Positions 14,410 through 24,197 are shown, counted from the stretch's first letter. The stretch: DNA of 26,762 bases from Patescibacteria group bacterium (GCA_038058745.1 JBBUAI010000013.1:1-26762); one strand, 5' to 3'. Numbers and translations: made by a program. The notes: generated by a model from the letters alone, not told the origin.

Positions 14410-14989
14410 TCTCCACCACGCTTATCTTCTCGTGGGAGAGCGGGAAGCCGCCCGGTCTTTTCTACTCTCTTTTTTCAAAGAACAAAGGATTATTCTTACC
14501 GGCTCTCCGGACTTCCTCATCTTTTCGGAAGATGTCTTTGGCATAGATGAGGCGCGTGCGCTTAATATCCAAGCCATAAGCAAGGCCTTCGGGGAGAGAA
14601 AAGTATTTTTCATCGCTGCCCATCGCCTGACTCACGAGGCCCAGAACGCCCTCCTCAAAACCTTTGAAGACCCGTATCCGGATACCCACTTTTTCTTGGT
14701 AGTCCGGGAGGAGGCGCTTGTTCTGCCGACTCTACGTTCCAGAATGCAGACGCTTCACGTCAAGAGCGGCAAAGTGAGTTCGGAAGCGGAGAAATTCCTG
14801 AAACTTTCTATCTCGGACCGTCTCAAATTCGCGAAGGAGTTCGTCGAGAAGGAGAAAAATCTTTCGACTTTTCTTGACGAACTCCTGCTTCTTTCGAAGT
14901 CGAGGAAGGTTTATGATATGCGGCTTTTAAGCGATAACAGAGGAGCGGCACCTAAACTTATTCTCGAGCATCTTGCCTTGGTGCTATAA
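14390..14989 (+). CDS. holB: DNA polymerase III delta-prime-like subunit (short form)
   Basis: 'HAYLLVG' at the N-terminus with no Walker A, 'NALLKTFEDP' (the clamp-loader NALLKTLEEP box) and 'LPTLRSRMQ' (SRC/sensor motif). Confidence 0.65.
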   Translation: MLKNLNNLHHAYLLVGEREAARSFLLSFFKEQRIILTGSPDFLIFSEDVFGIDEARALNIQAISKAFGERKVFFIAAHRLTHEAQNALLKTFEDPYPDTHFFLVVREEALVLPTLRSRMQTLHVKSGKVSSEAEKFLKLSISDRLKFAKEFVEKEKNLSTFLDELLLLSKSRKVYDMRLLSDNRGAAPKLILEHLALVL

Positions 14990-14996
14990 TTCGCCC

Positions 14997-15536
14997 ATGG
15001 CGTATAATCTTTCTCAACTAAAAACGGGATTAGACGGAGCCGTGGAGTGGCTGCGTAAGGAATACGTAGGGCTCCGGACCGGCCGGGCCAATCCGGCAGT
15101 TTTGGATATAATCCAGATTGAGGCCTATGGCGGGAGAATGCCGATTAACCAGCTGGCCGGGGTGAATATTGAAGACGCCTTCACCATCCGTATCACTCCA
15201 TGGGATGCGAATGTTACCCGGTCCATTGAGTCTGGCATTCAGCAGTCGGACCTCGGGCTCTCTGTCGCAACGGATGATAAGGGTTTGCGGGTAATCTTTC
15301 CCCGGCTGACCAATGACACCAGACAGGCATTGATTAAAGTGGCCAAACAGAAATTGGAAGAAGCCCGCATCAAAATTCGCAATGAACGGCAGAAAACTCT
15401 CGCCGATATCGAAAAGAAGGTTCCGGCGGAAGACGAACAGAAACGCTTAAGGAACGAAATTCAGAAGCTTATTGACGAAGTCAACTCGAAACTCGAGGAA
15501 CTTTCCAAACACAAGGAGAAAGAGATTTCCGAATAA
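14997..15536 (+). CDS. frr: Ribosome recycling factor
   Basis: 'LRTGRANPAVLDIIQIEAYG....INQLA.V.......I.PWD' and a C-terminal Lys/Glu-rich helix. Start placed at ATG 14997 (MAYNL), just after the holB stop. The longer in-frame start at 14973 is possible. A TATAAT lies 6 nt upstream of 14997. Confidence 0.85.
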   Translation: MAYNLSQLKTGLDGAVEWLRKEYVGLRTGRANPAVLDIIQIEAYGGRMPINQLAGVNIEDAFTIRITPWDANVTRSIESGIQQSDLGLSVATDDKGLRVIFPRLTNDTRQALIKVAKQKLEEARIKIRNERQKTLADIEKKVPAEDEQKRLRNEIQKLIDEVNSKLEELSKHKEKEISE

Positions 15537-15545
15537 ACAAAATCC

Positions 15546-16619
15546 GTGTCTATCATCATTTTTCTCATAATCCTCTCCGCGCTTATCATTGTCCACGAAC
15601 TCGGGCATATGCTTGTGGCAAAGTATTACGGTATCCGGGTAGATGAATTCGGCCTGGGCTATCCGCCCCGCGCAGCTAAATTATTTTCCTGGAAAAAGAC
15701 CATCTTTACCTTAAATTGGCTGCCCTTCGGCGGCTTCGTCAAAATCTTCGGGGAAAACCCGGTGGAAACTACTAGCTCTGCTTCTGACAATTTTCAATCT
15801 AAAAATCACGGTATTCAAACGGCCGTGCTTGCGGCGGGAGTTCTGGGAAACTTTCTCTTCGCCTGGTTTCTAATCTCAATAGGATTCGTAAGTGGCTTGC
15901 CGTCGCCGGCCAGGATGTCTTTGCCGATTACAGACCCGCGCACACTCATCACAACAGTCATATCCGGCTCGCCTGCGGCACTCGCGGGCTTGAAGGAGGG
16001 CGATGCCATTGTCTCAATGTCCCGGGGAGGGTCTTACGCGGAGCTTTCTCCCGAAGCCTTTTCAAAATTCATCTCCCGCTCGCTTGAGCCAATCACCTTG
16101 TCAATAGAAAGGGGGAAATCATCCATTGAAAAGATAGTTACTCCCAAGGAAGGCATTATCGCCGGCCGCCCCGCTTTAGGCATCTCCATGGAAACCGTAG
16201 GCATCGTAAAGCTTCCTCCGCTTCGGGCCTTCTGGGAGGGCTTAAAGACCACAGCATCCCTCACTTTCGTTACAGCCAAGGCAATCATCGCTCTATTGTC
16301 GCAAGCAGTATTGGGCCGGGCCGATTTGACCGCGGTCGCCGGACCGGTGGGCATCGTGGGTATGGTGGGCGATATACGCGAATTGGGATTTGCCTATCTA
16401 ATCACTTTCACGGCGCTTCTTTCCATTAATCTCTCCATCATCAACTTGATGCCCTTTCCCGCGCTTGACGGCGGGCGGCTCCTTTTCGTCGCTATTGAGA
16501 GTGTTTCTGGCCGCCCGATTCCACCGCACTTTTTCAATGCCTTGAACACTGCCGGCTTTGCCCTGCTTATTTTTCTTATGATTCTAATCACCATCCACGA
16601 CGTCCGGAACATCTTTTAA
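15546..16619 (+). CDS. rseP: RseP-type site-2 protease (M50 zinc metalloprotease with PDZ domain)
   Basis: GTG start. HExxH in TM1 ('VHELGHMLVAKYYGIRVDEFGLG'), PDZ-like 'SGSPAALAGLKEGDAIV', and a C-terminal 'LDGG' motif ('NLMPFPALDGGRLLF'). Confidence 0.85.
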   Translation: MSIIIFLIILSALIIVHELGHMLVAKYYGIRVDEFGLGYPPRAAKLFSWKKTIFTLNWLPFGGFVKIFGENPVETTSSASDNFQSKNHGIQTAVLAAGVLGNFLFAWFLISIGFVSGLPSPARMSLPITDPRTLITTVISGSPAALAGLKEGDAIVSMSRGGSYAELSPEAFSKFISRSLEPITLSIERGKSSIEKIVTPKEGIIAGRPALGISMETVGIVKLPPLRAFWEGLKTTASLTFVTAKAIIALLSQAVLGRADLTAVAGPVGIVGMVGDIRELGFAYLITFTALLSINLSIINLMPFPALDGGRLLFVAIESVSGRPIPPHFFNALNTAGFALLIFLMILITIHDVRNIF

Positions 16620-16662
16620 ACCATAGCTTTGTTTTTACCCCGGCTTTCTGTAAAATAGCCCC

Positions 16663-17886
16663 ATGAGACAGAGCCAACTCTTTACTAAAACTCGCCGGGA
16701 GGCGCCAGCGGATGAAGTCTCCAAGAACGCCATTCTCCTCACCCGCGCCGGATTCATACACAAAGAAATGGCGGGCGTTTATTCATATCTGCCTTTGGGA
16801 TTGAAAGTGCTTAAAAAGATAGAAAGTGTTATTCGCGAAGAAATGGACAAGCTTGGTGCGCAGGAAATTGAGTTGGCGACATTTCAAAACAAGGAATTGT
16901 GGGAAAAGACAAATCGTTGGGACGATAAAATTATTGACGTTTGGTACAAATTGCGTGATGAAGATATTGGATTAGGATTTACACATGAGGAACCATTGAC
17001 TGCTATCGCAAAGGAATACGTGCAATCATACCGAGACCTACCCTTCTCCGCTTATCAATTCCAGACAAAATTCAGAAGAGAATTAAGGACTAAATCAGGT
17101 ATTATGCGTGGCCGAGAGTTTCTAATGAAAGATCTCTATTCTTTCTGTGAAAATTATGATCAGCATCGTGATTTTTATAAAAAAGCACAGGACTCATATA
17201 AACGGATTTTTGATAGAGTAGGAATAGGTCATTTAACGTATCTAACCTATGCGTCTGGCGGTAGTTTTTCAGATGTCTCTCATGAATTCCAAACAATTAC
17301 TGCTTCTGGTGAAGATATAATATTTATACGCGAAGAAAATGATTATGCAGTTAATAAAGAAATATTTAATGATGAGTGGAAGGCGAAACTTAATATGAAC
17401 AAGTTTAGGGAGGAGAAATCAATTGAGGTGGGAAATATATTTAATCTAGGCACAAAATTTTCAGAAGCTCTAGGTTTGAAATATAAAGAGATTGACGGAA
17501 GTGAAAGGCCGGTATGGATGGGCTCATATGGTATTGGTTTGGGAAGACTCATGGGCACTGTAGTCGAAGTGCTTTCAGATGAGAAGGGAATTGTCTGGCC
17601 GAAAGAGGTAGCGCCGTTTCAAGTTCATTTAATTTCTCTCAATCAGAATGAGCTCTCGGATGAGGTTTATAAAACCCTTAGAGCCAATAAAATAGACGTT
17701 CTTTATGATGACCGCGATGTTCGCGCCGGGGAAAAGTTCGCAGACGCAGACTTAATTGGTATCCCGCTCCGCGTCGTGATTGGGGAAAAGTCTCTTGAAT
17801 CAAAAATGCTTGAGGTCAAAAATAGGAATGCCGATGAGGTACGACAGGTTACTCTCGAATATTTGCTCGAGGAGTTAAAAAGTTAA
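16663..17886 (+). CDS. proS: Prolyl-tRNA synthetase, bacterial-like N-terminus but lacking an editing (INS) domain (407 aa)
   Basis: 'MRQSQLFTKTRREAPADE...LLTRAGFI......Y..LPLGLKVLKKIE.VIREEM' parallels E. coli ProS. Class II motif 2 'FRRELRTKSGIMRGREFLMKDLYSF' and motif 3 'GSYGIGLGRLMG' are present. Confidence 0.9.
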   Translation: MRQSQLFTKTRREAPADEVSKNAILLTRAGFIHKEMAGVYSYLPLGLKVLKKIESVIREEMDKLGAQEIELATFQNKELWEKTNRWDDKIIDVWYKLRDEDIGLGFTHEEPLTAIAKEYVQSYRDLPFSAYQFQTKFRRELRTKSGIMRGREFLMKDLYSFCENYDQHRDFYKKAQDSYKRIFDRVGIGHLTYLTYASGGSFSDVSHEFQTITASGEDIIFIREENDYAVNKEIFNDEWKAKLNMNKFREEKSIEVGNIFNLGTKFSEALGLKYKEIDGSERPVWMGSYGIGLGRLMGTVVEVLSDEKGIVWPKEVAPFQVHLISLNQNELSDEVYKTLRANKIDVLYDDRDVRAGEKFADADLIGIPLRVVIGEKSLESKMLEVKNRNADEVRQVTLEYLLEELKS

Positions 17887-18950
17887 TGAAATTTCCCTAC
17901 GCCCAAAAACTCAAACGCTTATTCTCGCATGACGTCGGCATCGACCTCGGCACGGCCAATACTCTGGTCTATTTGCGCGGCAAGGGCATTGTCATCAACG
18001 AGCCGTCGGTCGTGGCGGTAAACCAGAAGACCGGCCAGATTGTGGCCATCGGCACAGAGGCCAAGGCCATGCTCGGACGCACCCCGGGCCATATTCTCGC
18101 CATCAAGCCCTTGGTCGACGGCGTCATCTCGGACTTCGAGACGACCGAAGAGATGGTCGCGTACCTTCTTGGCAAGGCCACTGCCGGCTCCGGCAAAATC
18201 TTTTCTCCGCGCGTGGTGGTCGGGGTGCCTTCCGGCATTACCAACGTGGAAATCCGGGCCGTGCGCGACGCCACCAAGAATGCCGGCGCGGGCGAGGTCC
18301 ATATCGTCGAGGAGCCTATGGCTTCCGCCATAGGCATGCGGCTTCCGATACATGAGCCGGTCGGCAACATGGTTATAGACATCGGCGGTGGCACTTCCGA
18401 CATCGCCATCATCTCCTTGGGCGGCGTAGTAAGCTCGAAGAATTTGCGCATCGCCGGAGACAAGTTTAATTCCGACATCGTGGCTTACGTCAGGAATCAA
18501 TTCAAGATTCTCATAGGAGACAAGACCGCCGAGAGTATTAAGACATCCATCGGTTCGGTTCTGCCGACGCATGCGCCGTTAGAGGCGCCGGTCAAGGGCC
18601 GCGACCTGGTGACCGGTCTGCCGAAAGAGGTTATCCTTACCGACACCGATATCCGCGAGGCGCTTTCGCAATCGGTTGAGACGCTGGTTGAAGCTACGCG
18701 CGAGGTCCTGGAATCGACTCCTCCGGAAATTTTGTCCGACGTAATGCACAGAGGGATATTCCTTTCCGGCGGTGGCGCTCTCATCAAGGGCCTGGCGGAG
18801 CTTTTCGAAAATGAACTTAACATCCCGGTGCATATTGCGGCAGACCCTCTTACCGCCGTGGCCCGCGGCACCGGCATTATCCTCGAAGATATGGAGAGCT
18901 TCACGGATATTCTTGTAGAAAATGAAGATGAATTACCTCCAAAAAAGTAG
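17886..18950 (+). CDS. mreB: Rod shape-determining protein MreB (actin homolog)
   Basis: 'DVGIDLGTANTLVY..GKGIVINEPSVVA', 'VIDIGGGTSDIAIISLGG' and 'LSGGGALIKGL' actin-fold motifs. Confidence 0.95.
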   Translation: MKFPYAQKLKRLFSHDVGIDLGTANTLVYLRGKGIVINEPSVVAVNQKTGQIVAIGTEAKAMLGRTPGHILAIKPLVDGVISDFETTEEMVAYLLGKATAGSGKIFSPRVVVGVPSGITNVEIRAVRDATKNAGAGEVHIVEEPMASAIGMRLPIHEPVGNMVIDIGGGTSDIAIISLGGVVSSKNLRIAGDKFNSDIVAYVRNQFKILIGDKTAESIKTSIGSVLPTHAPLEAPVKGRDLVTGLPKEVILTDTDIREALSQSVETLVEATREVLESTPPEILSDVMHRGIFLSGGGALIKGLAELFENELNIPVHIAADPLTAVARGTGIILEDMESFTDILVENEDELPPKK

Positions 18951-19704
18951 GCCGAAGAGAGGACGCCGCAAGCTGGCGCTATTCTTGCTGGGAGTTTTCT
19001 TCTTCGGCTTTACCGTTTTTTATTTCCTCTCCGGCCTTATCATCTCGGCGGCAATTCCATTCTGGAATGCTGAAAATCAACTGGTCAAAACACTTTCGGA
19101 TTGGAAGGAAATCTGGCGTGGAAGGCTGGCTCTTGTCTCGGAAAACATCCAGCTCAAGGAAAAAATCTCTTCGCTCGAGCTGGAGCTTAGCGCGCGTCCA
19201 GCCGCCATAGACGGGAACGATACTCTGCTCTCGCTCCTGGGCCGCAAAGCTGAAGATGGAGGCATAGCTGCCACAGTACTCGTCCGGCCTCCGCAGACGC
19301 CCTATGACATTATTATCATTGACGCCGGAAGAGATGATGGAGTGCTCGCTGACTCACAAGTGTTTTTGCCGGAAGGACCTGTGCTTGGAACAATTTCAGA
19401 AATTTTTCCAAGTTCGGCTAAGGTCAAGCTTTTCTCGAGCGCGGGAGAGAAGACCGCAGCCATCCTCGAACGTTCCGGCTTATCGACTATTCTCGAAGGT
19501 GAGGGCGGCGGCAACTTCAGAGCGGTCGTACCCAGAGAAACTCCGGCAGAAAAGGGGGACAGGATTCTCTCGGCCGATATTTTCTCCCGGCTCCTCGCGG
19601 TTGTCGAAGATATTAAAATCGAACCGACCGACTCATTCAAGGAGATTTTCGCGCGCTCTCCGAGGAACCTCTTCAATATCCGTTTCGTTGTTGTAAGGCC
19701 ATGA
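18922..19704 (+). CDS. mreC: Rod shape-determining protein MreC
   Basis: Position after mreB, N-terminal TM, a coiled-coil segment (ENIQLKEKISSLELELSA), then a beta-rich domain 'VLVRPPQTPYDIIIIDAGRDDGV'. Confidence 0.75.
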   Translation: MKMNYLQKSRPKRGRRKLALFLLGVFFFGFTVFYFLSGLIISAAIPFWNAENQLVKTLSDWKEIWRGRLALVSENIQLKEKISSLELELSARPAAIDGNDTLLSLLGRKAEDGGIAATVLVRPPQTPYDIIIIDAGRDDGVLADSQVFLPEGPVLGTISEIFPSSAKVKLFSSAGEKTAAILERSGLSTILEGEGGGNFRAVVPRETPAEKGDRILSADIFSRLLAVVEDIKIEPTDSFKEIFARSPRNLFNIRFVVVRP

Positions 19705-19964
19705 CCTACCGCCCACTCGCCACTATTTTTCTCATTATTACCATCATTTTTCTGCCATATTGGGTCTACGTTCCGGCTTTAATCGCCGCCGAGGCCCTTC
19801 TGCCTCTTTATTGGGAAGGCATTCTTCTGGGATTCTTGATAGACGCTTTATATGGAGGGAAGATAAGCTCTGTTTCATCTTTTTTCTTATCGGCGAGCTT
19901 TCTTTCTTTAGCGGGACTAATCTTCCTTATACCTATAAGAGCGCGCTTAAGGTCACATGTTTAG
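19701..19964 (+). CDS. mreD: Small polytopic membrane protein, MreD-like by position (short, 87 aa)
   Basis: Overlaps the mreC stop and the PBP2 start. Highly hydrophobic (2 to 3 TM). Assignment is positional only. Confidence 0.4.
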   Translation: MTYRPLATIFLIITIIFLPYWVYVPALIAAEALLPLYWEGILLGFLIDALYGGKISSVSSFFLSASFLSLAGLIFLIPIRARLRSHV

Positions 19965-21645
19965 AAAACTTTTTAAAAAAAGAAAGAGATACGACGATAT
20001 CAATCCGGAGGATATTTTCCTTGATTCCACCAATCTCCCGGGGTTTGCCGAACACGCGCTCCAAGGCAGGATTGAGCGGCCAATGAGCCGTGAAACCTTC
20101 ACTCTGCTTAAGATTTTTTTCGTCGTGCTGATACTTGTTCTTGCTTCAAAGTTGTGGTTTCTCACGATAATCGATGGCTCGGTTTACGCCGAAATTTCAG
20201 ACAACAATCGTCTTGAGAAAACTCTCATTTTTGCCAACAGGGGAGTCATCAAGGATAGAAACGGATTGGAGCTGGCCGGCAACGTCATCAAAGATGCGGA
20301 GAGCGATTTTGCCGCACGGCAATACGTTCCCATTGAGGGGCTCTCTCACGTGGTGGGTTACATCAAATATCCTCAAACCGATTCTGCCGGCGTTTATTAT
20401 GAAGAAAAGTACAGGGCCAGAGACGGAGTCGAGCGCGCGTATGACGAAGAGCTCCGGGGCAAAAACGGCACGAAGCTCGTGGAAACCGATGTCTCTGGCA
20501 CCGTTACTTCCGAAAGCATTATAGAAAATCCGGTAGACGGCGATATTCTCATCTTGTCAATCGATGCTTCCGTGACAGAGGCGCTTTATAAAGCGATAAA
20601 GTCCCTGGCCCGCGAAAAGGGCTTCGTTGGAGGGGCCGCTGTCATCATGGATGTCAATACCGGAGAGATTCTTGCCATGACGAGCTACCCCGAATACGAC
20701 CAGAACGCCTTGACCCATGGCATGGACCAAAAATCCTTCAATCTCTTGTTAAACGGCCCGGGCAAGCCGTTTTTGAACCGCGTCATCGGCGGTCTCTATA
20801 CTCCCGGCTCCATAATAAAGCCCATTGTCGCTATCGCCGCCCTTAACGAAAGCATTATTTCTCCGGAGAAAAGTATTCTCTCCACCGGCTCCATTACCGT
20901 ACCGAATCCCTATGACCCCGAGAAGCCCTCGGTTTTCAAAGACTGGAGGGCGCACGGCTGGACGAATATGAAAGAAGCCCTGGCCGTATCTTCCGACACC
21001 TACTTTTATTCCATCGGCGGCGGATTCGGCGGTCAGAAGGGTCTCGGCATATCGCTTCTTGACCATTATTTATCGCTTTTCGGCCTTCCCGAAATGACGG
21101 GTATCGAACTTTCCGGAGAAGCACAGGGAATTATCGCCACTCCGGAATGGAAAGCGGAAAAGTTCCAGGGTGATGTCTGGCGTCTGGGCGACACCTACAT
21201 TACCGCCATTGGCCAATACGGAACCCAAATTACGCCCATTGGAGCTGCCCGCTTTACAGCGGCTCTGGCCAACAAAGGTCGGCTCTTGAAGCCCTCGCTT
21301 ATGAAAGGCGGCAAGGCCAACCCTGTTATGAGCACAGTCTCTTTCAAGGAAGAAGATTGGCAGACCGTACTTCAGGGCTTAAGAGAGAGCGTTACCTACG
21401 GCACATCCGTTGGACTTAACGTTCCTTACGTCAATGCCGCCGGCAAGACCGGCACGGCGGAAATCGGCTCCGGCAAAAGCTATGTCCATTCATGGTCTGT
21501 CGGCTTCTTCCCGTTCGAGCACCCCCGATACGCCTGGGCGGTGGTCATGGAGAAAGGTCCGGCTACAAACGCCATAGGGGCGACTTCCGTCATACGCACT
21601 CTTTTCGACTGGATGAGTGTCAATGCTAGAGAGTACTTCGAGTAG
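19957..21645 (+). CDS. mrdA: Penicillin-binding protein 2 (elongasome transpeptidase)
   Basis: N-terminal TM. Active-site motifs SxxK 'GSIIKP', SxN/D 'SSDTYFY' and KTG 'KTGTAE'. Sits in an mreBCD-pbp2 context. Confidence 0.85.
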   Translation: MFRKLFKKRKRYDDINPEDIFLDSTNLPGFAEHALQGRIERPMSRETFTLLKIFFVVLILVLASKLWFLTIIDGSVYAEISDNNRLEKTLIFANRGVIKDRNGLELAGNVIKDAESDFAARQYVPIEGLSHVVGYIKYPQTDSAGVYYEEKYRARDGVERAYDEELRGKNGTKLVETDVSGTVTSESIIENPVDGDILILSIDASVTEALYKAIKSLAREKGFVGGAAVIMDVNTGEILAMTSYPEYDQNALTHGMDQKSFNLLLNGPGKPFLNRVIGGLYTPGSIIKPIVAIAALNESIISPEKSILSTGSITVPNPYDPEKPSVFKDWRAHGWTNMKEALAVSSDTYFYSIGGGFGGQKGLGISLLDHYLSLFGLPEMTGIELSGEAQGIIATPEWKAEKFQGDVWRLGDTYITAIGQYGTQITPIGAARFTAALANKGRLLKPSLMKGGKANPVMSTVSFKEEDWQTVLQGLRESVTYGTSVGLNVPYVNAAGKTGTAEIGSGKSYVHSWSVGFFPFEHPRYAWAVVMEKGPATNAIGATSVIRTLFDWMSVNAREYFE

Positions 21646-21715
21646 CATGTTCGTAATAGACATGGTTGCGTCGGGAGAGAAAGTGAAGTATCATATCTGC
21701 CAATAATTTAAAAAT

Positions 21716-22186
21716 ATGTACAGCACCGAACGGGAGTATCTAACCAAGGAGAAGTTCAAAGAATTGCAAAAAGAGCTTGTGTATTTAAGAACCGCCAAAA
21801 GGAAGGAGATCGCGGACGCACTGGAGTACGCGAAGTCTCTGGGCGACCTTTCCGAGAATCAGGAATATCAGGAAGCGCGTGACAGCCAGGCGGTTCTCGA
21901 GGACCGCATCGCCCGCCTCGAACAGATTTTGAAGTCAGCTGCTATCGTCTCGGCCCAGAGCACGAATGTCGTCTCCGTTGGCTCGGTTATTATGGTGGAA
22001 AAGGAATCAGATAAGTCGAAGAAATCATATGCCATTGTCGGTTCAGAGGAGGCCGATGCCGCGAAGGGTCTCATCTCAACCCGCTCGCCTCTGGGTGCTG
22101 GAGCGATGGGTAAATCAAAAGGGGACTCATTCTCATTCGAGACACCTGGTGGTATGATGTCGTATAAGATTATCGACATCAAATAG
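21716..22186 (+). CDS. greA: Transcription elongation factor GreA
   Basis: 'LT.E....L..EL..L....R.EI...L..A...GDLSENQEY..A...Q...E.RI..LE..L' coiled-coil N-domain and C-terminal FKBP-like 'ISTRSPLGAGAMGKSKGDSF'. Confidence 0.9.
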   Translation: MYSTEREYLTKEKFKELQKELVYLRTAKRKEIADALEYAKSLGDLSENQEYQEARDSQAVLEDRIARLEQILKSAAIVSAQSTNVVSVGSVIMVEKESDKSKKSYAIVGSEEADAAKGLISTRSPLGAGAMGKSKGDSFSFETPGGMMSYKIIDIK

Positions 22187-22187
22187 T

Positions 22188-23750
22188 TTGGAGCACCAAA
22201 AAAATAGATTTGATTTTTCGAAAGTGAAAGACAAAACTTCCTGGGCCTCACAGGCGGCGGATGAAATTATTGCCGCGCATCCTGGCGAAGGAGCATATGT
22301 GACGGCCGCTGGCATCAGTCCTTCGGGAGTGGTGCACTTTGGCAATTTCCGCGACGTGGCAACTGCTCACCTGGTACGGGAAGAACTGGTCAGAAAAGGC
22401 AAAAAATCCAAACTCATCTTCTCCTGGGACAATTTTGACCGTTTCCGAAAAATTCCGGCCGGTGTGCCGGAATCCTTCTCCGAGTATATCGGCAAGCCGC
22501 TTTCCAAAATTCCCGACCCTATGGGTAAACTTTCTTCATACGCGGAGCATTTCCAAAAGCTGTTTGTCGAAGCGATGCGAAAACTTAACATCGAAATCGA
22601 GTATCGTGACCAGACGACTTTGTATGAAAGCGGTATTTATGATGAAGCGATTTTTGAAGCGCTTAAGAAGAGGAAGGAAATCGCGGATATTCTACTCTCC
22701 TTCATGTCGGAGAAAGCAAAGGGGGAGAAGGGTATTAATCCCGCCGAATACCAGGAAAACTATTATCCTATTTCCGTCTACTCCCGCTTTACAGGCAAAG
22801 ATACCACGAAGGTTCTTAGATTCGACGGTAATACCAGTATCACTTATCTCTGTGTCGAAACGGGCAAGGAAGAGCCCATAGACCTTTCAAAAGAACATAT
22901 CGCCAAGCTTGCCTGGAAAGTGGATTGGCCCATGAGGTGGCGGCACGAGAGGGTGGTTTTCGAGCCAGGCGGACACGACCACGCTTCCCCGGGGTCGAGC
23001 TTCGACATCGGTACGGAGATTGCGCCGAAAATATTCGATTACAATCCACCGCTTTTCGTCGAGTATAAATTTGTGGGCATCCAGGGCCTCGGCGCTAAGA
23101 TGTCCGGTTCAAAGGGTAATGCCATCTCTCCCTTAGAGCTCATGGAAGTCTATGAGCCGGAGGTGTTGAAGTGGCTTTACTTCAGGAAGTCGCCCGACCA
23201 ATCATTCGAACTCGCTTTCAATACGGAAATTTATCGCCAATATGATGAATACGACGCAGAACATTTGGAACTTAATTCCATCCCATTCCGCCAGGTAGTC
23301 GGCTTCGGACAGGTTGTGCAATGGCAGGAGAATAAATTAAAAACCATTCTTGATGCGCTCAATTTAAAATACAGTACAAAAAGTATTTCCAGCCGACTAC
23401 CGCTCGCGAAAAATTGGCTCGAGAAATACAATCCATACGAAGTAATAAAATTAAACAATACTCCAAACTCCTCTTACGCGTTTTCCATGAATGATGTGGG
23501 GAGAAGACAAATCAATCGGTTGCGGGAAGAATTGGAGAAAAATAAAAATGCTTCAGTCCAGGAGCTGGATATCCTGGTCTACGATATTCCAAAATTGCCA
23601 GGGTTGAACGAAGAAGAATTAAAGAAAGCTCAAAGAGCGTTCTTTAAAGACGTTTACAATCTTTTAATAAACAGGGATGCTGGTCCTCGCCTCGGCACTT
23701 TCCTCTGGGCTGCGGATAGGGGACAAGTTTTGAAGCTATTGACTTTTTAA
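22188..23750 (+). CDS. lysK: Class I lysyl-tRNA synthetase (LysK type)
   Basis: TTG start adjacent to the greA stop. HIGH-like 'GISPSGVVHFGNFRDV' and KMSKS-like 'KMSGSKGNAISP' match class I LysRS rather than class II LysS. Confidence 0.8.
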   Translation: MEHQKNRFDFSKVKDKTSWASQAADEIIAAHPGEGAYVTAAGISPSGVVHFGNFRDVATAHLVREELVRKGKKSKLIFSWDNFDRFRKIPAGVPESFSEYIGKPLSKIPDPMGKLSSYAEHFQKLFVEAMRKLNIEIEYRDQTTLYESGIYDEAIFEALKKRKEIADILLSFMSEKAKGEKGINPAEYQENYYPISVYSRFTGKDTTKVLRFDGNTSITYLCVETGKEEPIDLSKEHIAKLAWKVDWPMRWRHERVVFEPGGHDHASPGSSFDIGTEIAPKIFDYNPPLFVEYKFVGIQGLGAKMSGSKGNAISPLELMEVYEPEVLKWLYFRKSPDQSFELAFNTEIYRQYDEYDAEHLELNSIPFRQVVGFGQVVQWQENKLKTILDALNLKYSTKSISSRLPLAKNWLEKYNPYEVIKLNNTPNSSYAFSMNDVGRRQINRLREELEKNKNASVQELDILVYDIPKLPGLNEEELKKAQRAFFKDVYNLLINRDAGPRLGTFLWAADRGQVLKLLTF

Positions 23751-23811
23751 TACTTTAAGTGTATAGTCTAAGTAGATTAGGTTTTGCGGTTATGGCCGCG
23801 AGGAGAAAGAG

Positions 23812-24156
23812 ATGAGAAATCGAGCAAGTCTCGACCCCATCGTCTGGAGTTCATTTGGCCTGCTCATGTTCGTCTTTGGACTGTTGGGATTTGTTATCGC
23901 CCAACAATCCGCAAACGAGAACACCGCACTCAAGGAGAGTCTTACCGGCCCAGTCACGGAAGCAGTAGTGCTTCCAAATGGCGAGCAGTACAAGGTACTC
24001 ACTTTGGGCAACCGCCGGTTCCTGGCCGCAGAAATTATCGAAACAGTAGAGGGTGGCCCAACATGCGAGAGTCTCATCGTCTACGGTTCCGGCACCCGCG
24101 TGTATAACCCGGTGAGGTTCGAGTGCCATCAGAGACAGTCAATATTCGGCAAGTAG
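23812..24156 (+). CDS. Small membrane-anchored hypothetical protein (114 aa)
   Basis: GAGGAGAAAGAG SD. One N-terminal TM (FGLLMFVFGLLGFVIA). Followed directly by a strong terminator. The 23784..24107 frame is rejected in its favour. Confidence 0.5.
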   Translation: MRNRASLDPIVWSSFGLLMFVFGLLGFVIAQQSANENTALKESLTGPVTEAVVLPNGEQYKVLTLGNRRFLAAEIIETVEGGPTCESLIVYGSGTRVYNPVRFECHQRQSIFGK

Positions 24157-24163
24157 TTAAGAA

Positions 24164-24197
24164 GGGCGGAAGCGCTAACGCGCTTCCGCCCTTTCTT
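24164..24197 (+). terminator. Strong Rho-independent terminator
   Basis: GGGCGGAAGCGC-TAAC-GCGCTTCCGCCC (12-bp perfect stem) followed by TTTCTT. Confidence 0.8.

Noticed and set aside
17919-18904. Long minus-strand ORFs antisense to mreB (217, 169, 135 aa)
   Set aside because: Arg/Gly/Ala-rich translations typical of antisense frames of a GC-rich gene. MreB on the plus strand is certain.
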